Source of the DNA: Pirellulales bacterium
GTDB lineage: Bacteria > Planctomycetota > Planctomycetia > Pirellulales > PALSA-1355
Length of the DNA stretch: 64,000 nucleotides
Assembly: GCA_963733035.1 (NCBI GenBank)
Contig: CAVTBU010000008.1
Span: forward strand, 128,001-192,000
Direction of reading: 5' to 3'
Shown here: positions 1 through 8,776 of the stretch, in pieces
Layout: each line of letters starts with the position of its first letter
Numbering within the stretch: position 1 is the stretch's first letter
The notes under the pieces: generated by a model
The model's input: only the letters and a program-made list of their open reading frames with translations
What the model was told of the DNA's origin: nothing
The model's database searches: none
Position numbers and translations under genes: made by a program

Positions 1-50
1 CCAATCCAACCGTTGATCGCGAACCACCTCTCCGGCAATAAGACGCATCA

Positions 51-890
51 ATGTCTCAGCATGAATTCGAAATCGCTCATGGCCAGCGCTTCGCCTTTGG
101 CGAAAACTGGCGGCGGTTTCTCAAACAACTAACACCTGTGCAAATTGCCGAGGCTGAACGTTCGCTGCAAGAGATGCTGACATGCAAGGACCTGCGCGGC
201 AAATCGTTCTTGGACATTGGCTCGGGGAGCGGCCTATTCAGCCTGGCGGCAAGGCGACTAGGCGCTCGCGTGCACTCGTTTGATTTCGACCGGCAGTCGG
301 TTGCGTGCGCGACGGCCCTGAAAGAGAAATTCTTTCGGGACGACGCGGATTGGACCATCGAAGAGGGATCCGTGCTCGACCGGGGCTATCTCGAGGGGCT
401 CGGAAAGTTCGACATCGTTTACGCCTGGGGCGTCCTGCACCACACCGGTCAGATGTGGCAGGCCATGGACCACGCAGCGATGGCCGTGGTCAACGGCGGA
501 AAACTATTCATTGCCATTTACAACCACCAGCCGCTTTGGACACCGCTGAACACCTTGCTCAAACGGACGTACGTCGCGTCTCCCGCGCCTACTCGCTGGT
601 TGCTGGCCGGCGGCTCGATCGCTATGCATGCCACGGGTGGACTGGTGAAAGACCTGCTGCGGTTTCGCAACCCGCTGGCGCGGTACCAGAACTACAATCG
701 GCTGCGGGGCATGTCATGGTGGCATGACCAACTCGATTGGGTTGGTGGATACCCGTTTGAAACCGCCACGCCCGAGGCGGTGATCGAGTTCGGCCGACAG
801 CGCGGCCTCGTTGTCGAACGGCTGGTTCCTTGCCGCCGGGGTAGTTCGGGCTGCAATCAGTTCGTCTTGCGCAAGGAGCCGCGGACGTGA
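51..890 (+). CDS. Class I SAM-dependent methyltransferase
   Basis: Motif I FLDIGSGSG, acidic FDFD, FDIVYAWGVLHH, GGKLFI; overlaps the next gene start. Confidence 0.9.
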   Translation: MSQHEFEIAHGQRFAFGENWRRFLKQLTPVQIAEAERSLQEMLTCKDLRGKSFLDIGSGSGLFSLAARRLGARVHSFDFDRQSVACATALKEKFFRDDADWTIEEGSVLDRGYLEGLGKFDIVYAWGVLHHTGQMWQAMDHAAMAVVNGGKLFIAIYNHQPLWTPLNTLLKRTYVASPAPTRWLLAGGSIAMHATGGLVKDLLRFRNPLARYQNYNRLRGMSWWHDQLDWVGGYPFETATPEAVIEFGRQRGLVVERLVPCRRGSSGCNQFVLRKEPRT

Positions 891-2260
891 ACGAGCCCGC
901 GCTGCCAGCCGCCATTGAAGTGGAAAGCGACGCTGTGGGCCATCGCCGCGTATTGTCCAGCATGTTCGTCCTGGGTGGCGCCACCGTGCTCATCAAGTTT
1001 GTTGCCTTGGCAAAAGATCTGCTTGTTGCGAAGCAGTTGGGCGCGGGAGATGCTCTCGATGCTTATTTAGTCGCGTTCGTGCTGCCGTCCTACGCCGCGG
1101 TCGTACTGGCCCATACGTTGGCCTCGGCGTTCGTGCCAACCTATGTGCGAGTCTGGCGGCGCGACGGCCTGGACGCGGCACGCCCACTCGCAGGCGGAGT
1201 GTTAACCGCAGCGATGCTAGTCCTCACGCTGGCGACGATGATACTCTGGTTCGCGGCCCCGGTCGTTCTGCCGCTGGTAGGTTCCGGCTTCGATTCGTCC
1301 AAGCAGGCTCTGACGCAGTCGCTCTTCTTCCCGCTGGTCGGCGTCGTGCTCGCCAGCGGCCTCTCGGCGGTTTTCGCAGCGATCCTCAACGCCCACGAAC
1401 GCTTTGCCGCGGTGGCGATCGCGCCGCTCGGAATCCCGTTTGCAACGCTCACCGTGTTTTGGCTGGGTCAACGTGAATATGGAGTGCACGCCTTGGCCGT
1501 CGGCACGACGCTGGGTTTCCTCTGCGAGACAGTCGTGCTCGCACTGGCGGCTTGGTGGACTGGATTGTTGCCTCAACCAAAATGGGACATGCGTGGTCCC
1601 GAACTTTCACGAGTCGCTGCTCAATACGTTCCGGTCGTCGTCGCCGGGCTGCTGATGAGTAGTGCCTTGGTGGTCGATCAATCCATGGCCGCGAGTCTCG
1701 GCAGCGGACAAGTTTCGGTGCTGAACTACGGCGGGAAGGTTGTAGCGGTCGTGCTTAGCATTGTGGCCGCCAGCTTGAGCACGGTTCTTTTTTCTCGCTT
1801 CACGCACCTGCTAGCGGCCGGTCGCACTCGACAATTCAAGAGGACATTTCGCCTATACGCCATTGGTGTCGTGCTGGTGTCAGTTCCCGCCGTCGCGCTG
1901 CTCGCCATCTTCACGCCCGCGCTCATTCGGTTGCTTTTCGAGCGGGGTGCTTTTACGCCGGAAACGACCGTGGCTGTCAGTCGCGTTCAATGGTGGCTCC
2001 TGCCGCAGATTCCTTTTTATGTGCTGACGCTGCTTGGCGGCCGCGTACTGAGCGCGCTCGAGGGGAACGCCGTCGTGCTTCGGATCGCGGCATTGAACGT
2101 CCTCGTCAATGTCACCGGAAACCTCTTGCTAATGCAGTGGTTTGGCGTCGAAGGAATTGCCATGGCCACGTCGCTGATGTACGTGGTGGCCACCGCCGCC
2201 ACACTCGCGGCAATCCGTCAGAAGCTGGCAATTCGCGGCACGAATTCGTTGACCGACTAA
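887..2260 (+). CDS. murJ: MurJ/MviN-like MOP flippase (lipid II or polysaccharide)
   Basis: Many TM helices; GAGDALDAYLVAF, AFVP and LFERGAFT motifs; GTG start overlapping the upstream stop. Confidence 0.75.
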   Translation: MNEPALPAAIEVESDAVGHRRVLSSMFVLGGATVLIKFVALAKDLLVAKQLGAGDALDAYLVAFVLPSYAAVVLAHTLASAFVPTYVRVWRRDGLDAARPLAGGVLTAAMLVLTLATMILWFAAPVVLPLVGSGFDSSKQALTQSLFFPLVGVVLASGLSAVFAAILNAHERFAAVAIAPLGIPFATLTVFWLGQREYGVHALAVGTTLGFLCETVVLALAAWWTGLLPQPKWDMRGPELSRVAAQYVPVVVAGLLMSSALVVDQSMAASLGSGQVSVLNYGGKVVAVVLSIVAASLSTVLFSRFTHLLAAGRTRQFKRTFRLYAIGVVLVSVPAVALLAIFTPALIRLLFERGAFTPETTVAVSRVQWWLLPQIPFYVLTLLGGRVLSALEGNAVVLRIAALNVLVNVTGNLLLMQWFGVEGIAMATSLMYVVATAATLAAIRQKLAIRGTNSLTD

Positions 2261-2268
2261 ACTCGTTG

Positions 2269-2487
2269 TCACATCGAATCGTGCGAACCGGTTGCCACCG
2301 TCGTCCAAGTAGCAACCGCTCGTAACGGTGCTTTCGCTGGACGATTTCTCCAAACCGCCACGTAGAATCGATGGAAGCAATGGTGGCATTGCACCGGCGT
2401 AAACCCTAGCCAGCGTGCAACGCGATCAAACCAGCCAGTGCGGTTGCCTGGGACGACTCGCGCGCACCAACAACGCGGACATTTCAT
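2269..2487 (-). CDS. Small putative zinc-ribbon protein (72 aa)
   Basis: MKCPRC...QCHHCFHRF, two CxxC pairs; GGGAG upstream of the ATG; fills an intergenic gap. Confidence 0.6.
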   Translation of the reverse strand: MKCPRCWCARVVPGNRTGWFDRVARWLGFTPVQCHHCFHRFYVAVWRNRPAKAPLRAVATWTTVATGSHDSM

Positions 2488-2795
2488 GGCCGAGTTCTCC
2501 CTCCCTGGTTCCAAGCCAACGGGTCGTCCTGGGGCTCATGTTCCGCCGTTTCGGTCGCTTCAACGGCGCGGGAGCGTATCGCCGGAACGAAACACCTGTC
2601 AAGGGCATGCATCCCCGGCCCAGGCGGACATCGTAGCGCGCCAGTTCGGCAAAACGAGCAAAGCCGTACCTGACAAGTAGTTTCGGCGGTCCGCGCAAAC
2701 CTTGCGGCCGAAAGGTGTTTCGGAGTATCATCCGAAGAGCACCAGCCCACAGCGGGAGAGGCTGGTCCCGCATCCATCAACGAAGGCTAGTGGCA

Positions 2796-3839
2796 GTGAA
2801 ATACGCGGCAATCGGTCCCATCGCGATTCATTTGCCCGAACGCGTGGAAACCAACGACGATTTGGCGGCGCTCTATCCCCGCTGGGACCTGGACGCGATC
2901 TACAGCAAGACCGGCATTTGGGCCCGCCACATTGCCGCTCCCGATGAATGCGCAAGCGACCTCGGTGTGGCGGCAGCGGAAAAACTCTTCGCAGAGCACA
3001 ATATCGACCGCCAGAGCATCGACTTTCTGTTGTTCTGTACGCAAACGCCCGACTACCCGCTGCCCACCACCGCCTGCCTGGTGCAAAGCCGGCTCGGTCT
3101 GCCCACCTCGGTCGGAGCATTGGACTTCAATTTGGGATGCTCCGGTTTCGTGTACGGACTGTCGCTGGCCGACGGACTGATCCGCAGTGGTACCGCCAAG
3201 CGAGTGCTGCTCATTACCGCCGAAACATACTCCAAGTACATCGACGACGAAGACCGGTCACTGCGAACCATCTTTGGCGACGGTGCGGCCGCAACCTTGC
3301 TCGACGCTGCCGACGATCCATCGCTCTCGGCGTTTTCGTTCGGCACCGACGGTACGGCCGCCGACGCCCTGATGGTCAACTCGGGCGGTGCCCGGCTGGC
3401 CGAGGACGCGCTCAAACCGCGCACGAAATGGCGCTGGAACAGCAAGCTGTATATGGACGGTCCCGGCCTCATCAAGCTGACGCTCGATACCTTGCCACAA
3501 ACGATTCGGCAAGTGCTCGAGACCGGCGAGGTGAGCGACGACGACATCGACCTGTACCTCGTACATCAGGCCACGCACAAACTGCTGGCCACGTTGCGGG
3601 CCGAGATGGACCTGACCGAAGAGCGAATGCCCACGATGCTCCACGACTATGGCAACACCGTGTCATCGACGATTCCCATCATTATGCACGAATTGCGATC
3701 AAGCGGCCGATTGCGGCGCGGCACGAAATGCCTGCTGGCCGGATTCGGAGTCGGTTTCTCCTGGGCTGGCTGCCTCTGGACCGAAACCTGGAAAAACAAG
3801 GCCGTCAAAAGCGATGACGCCGATCTGGAGGCCGCGTAG
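2796..3839 (+). CDS. fabH: 3-oxoacyl-ACP synthase III family protein
   Basis: Cys-His-Asn triad (LGCSG, HQA, YGNT), IFGDGAAA, GFGVGFSW; GTG 2796 chosen as start. Confidence 0.88.
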   Translation: MKYAAIGPIAIHLPERVETNDDLAALYPRWDLDAIYSKTGIWARHIAAPDECASDLGVAAAEKLFAEHNIDRQSIDFLLFCTQTPDYPLPTTACLVQSRLGLPTSVGALDFNLGCSGFVYGLSLADGLIRSGTAKRVLLITAETYSKYIDDEDRSLRTIFGDGAAATLLDAADDPSLSAFSFGTDGTAADALMVNSGGARLAEDALKPRTKWRWNSKLYMDGPGLIKLTLDTLPQTIRQVLETGEVSDDDIDLYLVHQATHKLLATLRAEMDLTEERMPTMLHDYGNTVSSTIPIIMHELRSSGRLRRGTKCLLAGFGVGFSWAGCLWTETWKNKAVKSDDADLEAA

Positions 3840-4927
3840 TCTTCGGTCGCATCTAGAACACGACTTTTCCGTTCGCGCGGAGGATCAGGCGCACCGGCGG
3901 GTTTGGGCTGCTGAAGGAACTTCTCCAGCAGCTTCTCGTCGCCACCGAACTGTGCCACGCGGCTTAGAAAGACCTTCGCACGCTCGGGCTGCCCGTCGAA
4001 ATATAATTCGAGTCCCATTGCCAGCAAAAGATTCGAGTCAAAGGGATTGATCTCGATGGCTTTGGCGAGTTCTTCCAAGTGCTGGGTCTTGGAGATCTGA
4101 GCATCGGCATACAGGTCGTCGAGCCGTAGCGGTGTGCCGCGCCAGTCCCCGCGGACCTGCAGACCGCGCTTGAATGCCTTGGCCGCGCTTTCATACTGTC
4201 CCATCGCCACGTACGAGAATGCTTGTCGGAGATATCCTTCGGCCATGTCGGGTGCCGTCTCGACGGCCGTCTTGTAACGGCCCAATGCGGCGAGATACTT
4301 CTGCTTGGCAAACTGGCTATCGCCAAACCCCAGATACCTCCCCGCGCGAGCCCGTTGCTCCTGGTTCGAAGTCCGAGGCGTCGGCGGTACGTCCGGTATG
4401 GCTGGTACGCGCGCTGGCGCGTTGGCCGCGACGTTATTCCGCGGCGCTACCACGTTCTGTGGCACGACAATCGGTGCGGTCGAAAAGCTCGCCGCCGGAA
4501 CGCTCAAGCCATAGCCAAAGACGGGTACCGAGGGGTAATAAGCATAAATCGCCGGCAAATAGGGCGTGCCCCAACCCCACGGATAGCCGACGCTGCCGAA
4601 AACGCCTCCGCGATTTCCAACCCCATGACCGTGGTGCAGATGATGGTGGCCCGGGCCGTGGTGATAGATTACTTGCCCGCTCCCGTTCTGTGGATCGAGG
4701 TTGCCGGCTGGCGCCGTATCACCAGGTGGCGTGTCCGCCGGAGGATTTGCCCGACTTGCAATCGTGCCGGTCGGAAATCGCGCCGATAGCGGCGGAGTAC
4801 TCGGAAGTTGAACGTCCGATTGGGAGCGGCCAGTCGTGGGGCCGAGAATCAACGTTTGCCCGCACGCGGTATGTGCCGCGGCAGCCAAGAGCAGCCAAAA
4901 GGCCGTCGAGAAGATTGGACGTCGCAT
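3647..4927 (-). CDS. Secreted TPR-repeat protein with Pro/His-rich N-terminus; true stop probably TAG at 3853 via a frameshift
   Basis: Signal peptide and TPR-like helices; as read it overlaps fabH by about 190 nt; an alternative frame ends NGKVVF* at 3853. Confidence 0.75.
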   Translation of the reverse strand: MRRPIFSTAFWLLLAAAAHTACGQTLILGPTTGRSQSDVQLPSTPPLSARFPTGTIASRANPPADTPPGDTAPAGNLDPQNGSGQVIYHHGPGHHHLHHGHGVGNRGGVFGSVGYPWGWGTPYLPAIYAYYPSVPVFGYGLSVPAASFSTAPIVVPQNVVAPRNNVAANAPARVPAIPDVPPTPRTSNQEQRARAGRYLGFGDSQFAKQKYLAALGRYKTAVETAPDMAEGYLRQAFSYVAMGQYESAAKAFKRGLQVRGDWRGTPLRLDDLYADAQISKTQHLEELAKAIEINPFDSNLLLAMGLELYFDGQPERAKVFLSRVAQFGGDEKLLEKFLQQPKPAGAPDPPRERKSRVLDATEDYAASRSASSLLTALFFQVSVQRQPAQEKPTPNPASRHFVPRRNRPLDRNSCIMMGIVDDTVLP

Positions 4928-5020
4928 GGGCCCTCCTTGCGGCCAATGGCAGACGTGTCGCTACGAACGATTATCGTTGGCTGCCAATACCCGTTCAATA
5001 GCGTATCGGCGAATCCAACC

Positions 5021-5842
5021 CTAATCCATGCTCGCCTGGCCCAGCAGCTTGCGCAGTGCCGTCATGGCAATCTCTCCGAATTGGACAGGGGGAATTCGCC
5101 AAATTTGGGGATTCATCAATTCGATTGCGACGTGACCGCGATAGTCGATTTCGGTCAGCCGCGCCAGCAGCGCCGCCAGCGGGATGTCGCCATCGCCGGG
5201 AAGAATCCGGTCGGCATCGGTGGCAAATTCCCGCGCCACCCCCGATAGATCGCAAAGCTGCACGTGGAATAGATTTTCGGCCGTGAGGTAGCCGAGGTCT
5301 TCCGGTTTGCTGGGACCGACATAGTAGTGAAACGTGTCGAAGCAAATGCCCAGGTAAGGACTGCCGGTTTCTGCCACCAAAGCCGCGGCCGTTTGCAGGT
5401 TGTTGATGAACGTTGATCGGGCTTGGAACTCTCGCGCTAACCGCACGCCGTGTTGACCGGCCAGTGCGGCAGCCTGCTCCAGCGACATTTGCACACGCTC
5501 CAGGTCCTGTTGGGTGAGTTGCCCGACAACATCGCCCGCCAGCACCAGCGTGCCGATTTCGAGTTCGCGGCACTGCGTCAACCGACGTTCAAAACCTTCC
5601 CAGTGTTGCCGACGAAATTCGCCTTGGCTGGCGAGCAAACCGCCCTGAAAACTTGCGACGGGAGTCGCCATGCCATGCTCGTTCAACAACGCCCGCAGAT
5701 CATCAATTGAATGCTGGTCAAGATACCGGTCGAGCTTGCCAAGCCAAAGTTCGATCGCCGTACATTTGCCGGCGGCATAGTCCGCCACATCATCGGCAAA
5801 TGCCGCATCAAGCGAACTGACTTGAGCGAGCGCAGGTTTCAT
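5021..5842 (-). CDS. Sugar phosphate isomerase/epimerase (xylose isomerase-like TIM barrel)
   Basis: DTFHYY, HVQLCD, RILPGDG and IELMNP motifs. Confidence 0.88.
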   Translation of the reverse strand: MKPALAQVSSLDAAFADDVADYAAGKCTAIELWLGKLDRYLDQHSIDDLRALLNEHGMATPVASFQGGLLASQGEFRRQHWEGFERRLTQCRELEIGTLVLAGDVVGQLTQQDLERVQMSLEQAAALAGQHGVRLAREFQARSTFINNLQTAAALVAETGSPYLGICFDTFHYYVGPSKPEDLGYLTAENLFHVQLCDLSGVAREFATDADRILPGDGDIPLAALLARLTEIDYRGHVAIELMNPQIWRIPPVQFGEIAMTALRKLLGQASMD

Positions 5843-5882
5843 GTGGGCAAGATCTCTTGTATTCCCAACCGTTTCGCCGGTC

Positions 5883-7505
5883 TCAGCCGTTTCCGCCCGC
5901 TTGAATTAGCCGCTCGATCTCCTCCACGCAATCGTCCAGCTTGATTCGCCATTGCTTGAGCGAATCGCGATCACGCACCGTTACCGTCTGATCCTGCAAT
6001 GTCTGGCCGTCGACCGTAATACAGTACGGCGTGCCAGCTTCGTCTTGTCGACGATAGCGTCGCCCGACGGCCCCTTTCTCGTCGTAGAACGCCGCAAAGC
6101 GTTTCTTCAGCGCCCGATAGATCCCTTGAGCCACCTCGGGCATGCCGTCTTTCTTGACCAGCGGAAAGACGGCCGCCTTGATGGGGGCGAGGCGCGGGTG
6201 CAATTTCATCACGACCCGCGACTGCATCTTGCCGTTTTCGTCCGGGGCCTCGTCCTCGGTGTACGCCTGGCACAAGAACGCCAAGGTGGCCCGGTCGGCG
6301 CCGGCCGATGGCTCGATGACATGCGGTACGTAACGTTCGCCGGAAATGTCATCGCGATAACTCAGATCCTTGCCGCTGCCGCGGTGCCGCGGTTTGCCTT
6401 CCTCGTCGGTCTCGACGACCAGGTCGCAGCCCTGGCGCACCAGTTTGCCCTCCATGTGACTTCGCAGGTCGAAATCGCCTCGGTGGGCAATCCCCTCCAA
6501 CTCGCCAAACTCGCCGGGGGGCAGGAAGGGAAAGGCATATTCGATATCGGCCGTGCCAACCGAATAGTGGCTCAATTCATCCTGCTCGTGGTCGCGCAGC
6601 CGCAGGCGATCACCGGCCAACCCCAGGTTCAAATACCACTGGTAGCGACGATCTCGCCAGAATTTGTACCACTCGGGCGAGGCCTTGGGATGGCAGAAGA
6701 ACTCGATTTCCATCTGCTCGAACTCGCGCGAACGAAACGTAAAGTGCCGCGGCGTGATCTCATTGCGAAAGCTCTTGCCCATCTGGGCAATGCCAAACGG
6801 CACCCGCACGCGCGAACTATCCAGCACATTCTTGAAATTTACGAAAATACCCTGTGCCGTCTCGGGCCGCAGGAAGGCGGCGCCTTCCTCGCCCGATAGC
6901 GCACCAACGTAGGTCTTGAACATCAAGTTGAATTCGCGCGGCGGAGTCAGCGTGCCGAGTTCCTTTGCGTCGGGGCCCAGCACGTGTGAGAAGTCCGTCA
7001 CTTTGGTGAGCGAGACGATCGGTCCCTGCCATTGAAGTTGCTCCACGTCCTTGTTGCGCAGATTAAACAACTTGAGAGCCCGCTGTTGCGTGTCGGCCAT
7101 CGCATCGTCGCCGCCAAACTGAGTGGCCACGAAAACCCGCTTTCCCTTGGCTTCGACCCAGCGACCGTTCACCTGGTCGTGGCGATAGCGCTTTTTCGAC
7201 TCGCGGCAGTCGACCATGTAGTCATGAAACAGGTCGTAGTGTCCCGAGCATTTCCAAACCTGGGGGTGCATGATGATCGTGCAATCGAGGCCGGTCATTT
7301 CGAAGGCTTCCGGCGCACCAGCTAACACGTCGATGTCGTCGTGCCCTCGAACCATGTCCTGCCACCAGGCCTCGCGGACGTTGCGCTTCAGTTCCACGCC
7401 CAGCGGACCGTAATCCCAGAAGCCGTTCAAGCCGCCGTAAATCTCGCTGGATTGAAACAGAAACCCGCGCCGCTTGCACAACGAAACCAGCTTATCCATG
7501 TCCAT
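5883..7505 (-). CDS. glyQS: Glycine--tRNA ligase (single-chain, dimeric type)
   Basis: EIYGG..GFWDYGPLG, LRPETAQGIF, SFRNEITP, REFEQMEIE, VIEPSAG, GRRYRRQDE; start at MDMDKL. Confidence 0.97.
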   Translation of the reverse strand: MDMDKLVSLCKRRGFLFQSSEIYGGLNGFWDYGPLGVELKRNVREAWWQDMVRGHDDIDVLAGAPEAFEMTGLDCTIIMHPQVWKCSGHYDLFHDYMVDCRESKKRYRHDQVNGRWVEAKGKRVFVATQFGGDDAMADTQQRALKLFNLRNKDVEQLQWQGPIVSLTKVTDFSHVLGPDAKELGTLTPPREFNLMFKTYVGALSGEEGAAFLRPETAQGIFVNFKNVLDSSRVRVPFGIAQMGKSFRNEITPRHFTFRSREFEQMEIEFFCHPKASPEWYKFWRDRRYQWYLNLGLAGDRLRLRDHEQDELSHYSVGTADIEYAFPFLPPGEFGELEGIAHRGDFDLRSHMEGKLVRQGCDLVVETDEEGKPRHRGSGKDLSYRDDISGERYVPHVIEPSAGADRATLAFLCQAYTEDEAPDENGKMQSRVVMKLHPRLAPIKAAVFPLVKKDGMPEVAQGIYRALKKRFAAFYDEKGAVGRRYRRQDEAGTPYCITVDGQTLQDQTVTVRDRDSLKQWRIKLDDCVEEIERLIQAGGNG

Positions 7506-7597
7506 GGCCGAAAAATGCCCTCGTAAAACGAGTTCGCCTCGAAAAAAGTTGCTTTTGCGAAAGACCTTGAAGTGTACTGCGCGGGCCCGGCCGCCGA

Positions 7598-8359
7598 CTA
7601 GCCCGAAGCCTGGATGATGCACTCGGACGGCAGGTACCGCGGTACGACGGCGTATCGATCAACCATTGCCGCCAACTCGATATCGCCCGCCATGCCGATC
7701 TCGATGAGATTGCGACCACCGCGACTGGCGCACAGCGCGGTAATCAAGCGCATTTCAAGCTCGCTACCGCTGGCTAACCCCGTAACGCTCAGCCACGCGT
7801 CGCGTGCGATTTCCGCCTGATCGTTCAGCTGCCATTGCTCGGTATCTTGCAATCCAACAACAATGGCCCCGGCAAATAGCACGTCCTCCCGTGTGATCTG
7901 GCCATCAGTCCCCGCGCAGACGAGTTCGATCGGCCTGGCCGCGGAATCCGCCTGCAATCGCTGGCAGACCGCTGTCAGGTTGACGATCGCCCCCACCAGG
8001 ATTTCGTCAGCGGCAGCACAATGTAGCAGTGCCTTGGTGCCGTTGGTCGTCGTCAGGACAACCGTCTTGCCAGCCACCAGTTTTTGCGAGTACTCCGCTG
8101 GGGAGTTTCCCAAGTCAAACCCTTCAATCGGCCGTCCGCCACGTTCACCGCCCAAAAGCGCTTTGCCGGCCCGAAATGCGCCGGACCTGTGGCGGGCCTC
8201 TTCGATGGTCAGGCAGGGCAACACAGCGACCGCCTCGGCGTCCAGAGCCGCCACGATTGTCGTCGTCGCCCGTAGCACGTCGATCACGACGCAGAGACTC
8301 CCGGCCAATGAGTCCGGCGCGGCAAATTCAGGTAAGAAATGAACGCGTAGCGGAGGCAT
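7598..8359 (-). CDS. comB: 2-phosphosulfolactate phosphatase (ComB family)
   Basis: VVIDVLRATTT, GGERGG, DLGNSP, TTTNGT, CAG...ED. Confidence 0.92.
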   Translation of the reverse strand: MPPLRVHFLPEFAAPDSLAGSLCVVIDVLRATTTIVAALDAEAVAVLPCLTIEEARHRSGAFRAGKALLGGERGGRPIEGFDLGNSPAEYSQKLVAGKTVVLTTTNGTKALLHCAAADEILVGAIVNLTAVCQRLQADSAARPIELVCAGTDGQITREDVLFAGAIVVGLQDTEQWQLNDQAEIARDAWLSVTGLASGSELEMRLITALCASRGGRNLIEIGMAGDIELAAMVDRYAVVPRYLPSECIIQASG

Positions 8360-8465
8360 GCGCGATTCTCGGGGAACGAAAACGCCATCATACCGGTTCC
8401 GACACTCGACTGACTAGCGGCCTAACGGTGCGGGAGCATAATCGTCATGGCATCGAAAGCCTCGC

Positions 8466-8471
8466 TACAAT
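8466..8471 (+). promoter_or_regulatory. Putative -10 box (TACAAT) 6 nt before ATG 8478, leaderless-type
   Basis: gcTACAATctatccATG, no SD. Confidence 0.5.
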
Positions 8472-8477
8472 CTATCC

Positions 8478-8705
8478 ATGGATATTTTATTCGTATCGCG
8501 TTTCGTGTTCTTTATCGCCTGTGGATTCTATGCCGCCTGGCACGTTCGGAAGGCGCAATTGACCGGCGTGTGGCCCACATGGTGGAAAATTCATCGAGAC
8601 AAAGAGCCGCTCGCGTATTGGACTCTAATGACCATGGGTAGCCTGATGACACTTATCGCAATCGCAAGCGTGGTGGCGTTGCTGGTCGACCAATTCATGG
8701 GTTAG
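8478..8705 (+). CDS. Small two-TM membrane protein, hypothetical
   Basis: Two hydrophobic segments around IHRDKEPLAYW; has its own -10 box. Confidence 0.65.
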   Translation: MDILFVSRFVFFIACGFYAAWHVRKAQLTGVWPTWWKIHRDKEPLAYWTLMTMGSLMTLIAIASVVALLVDQFMG

Positions 8706-8763
8706 CCTCTTTGCCTCCCCGACCGTTCGTTCGAACTGCGCTTATCAGGTTCAACGCCTCCGC

Positions 8764-8769
8764 TACAAT
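8764..8769 (+). promoter_or_regulatory. Putative -10 box (TACAAT) 7 nt before ATG 8777, leaderless-type
   Basis: gcTACAATcgttcgcATG, no SD. Confidence 0.5.
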
Positions 8770-8776
8770 CGTTCGC

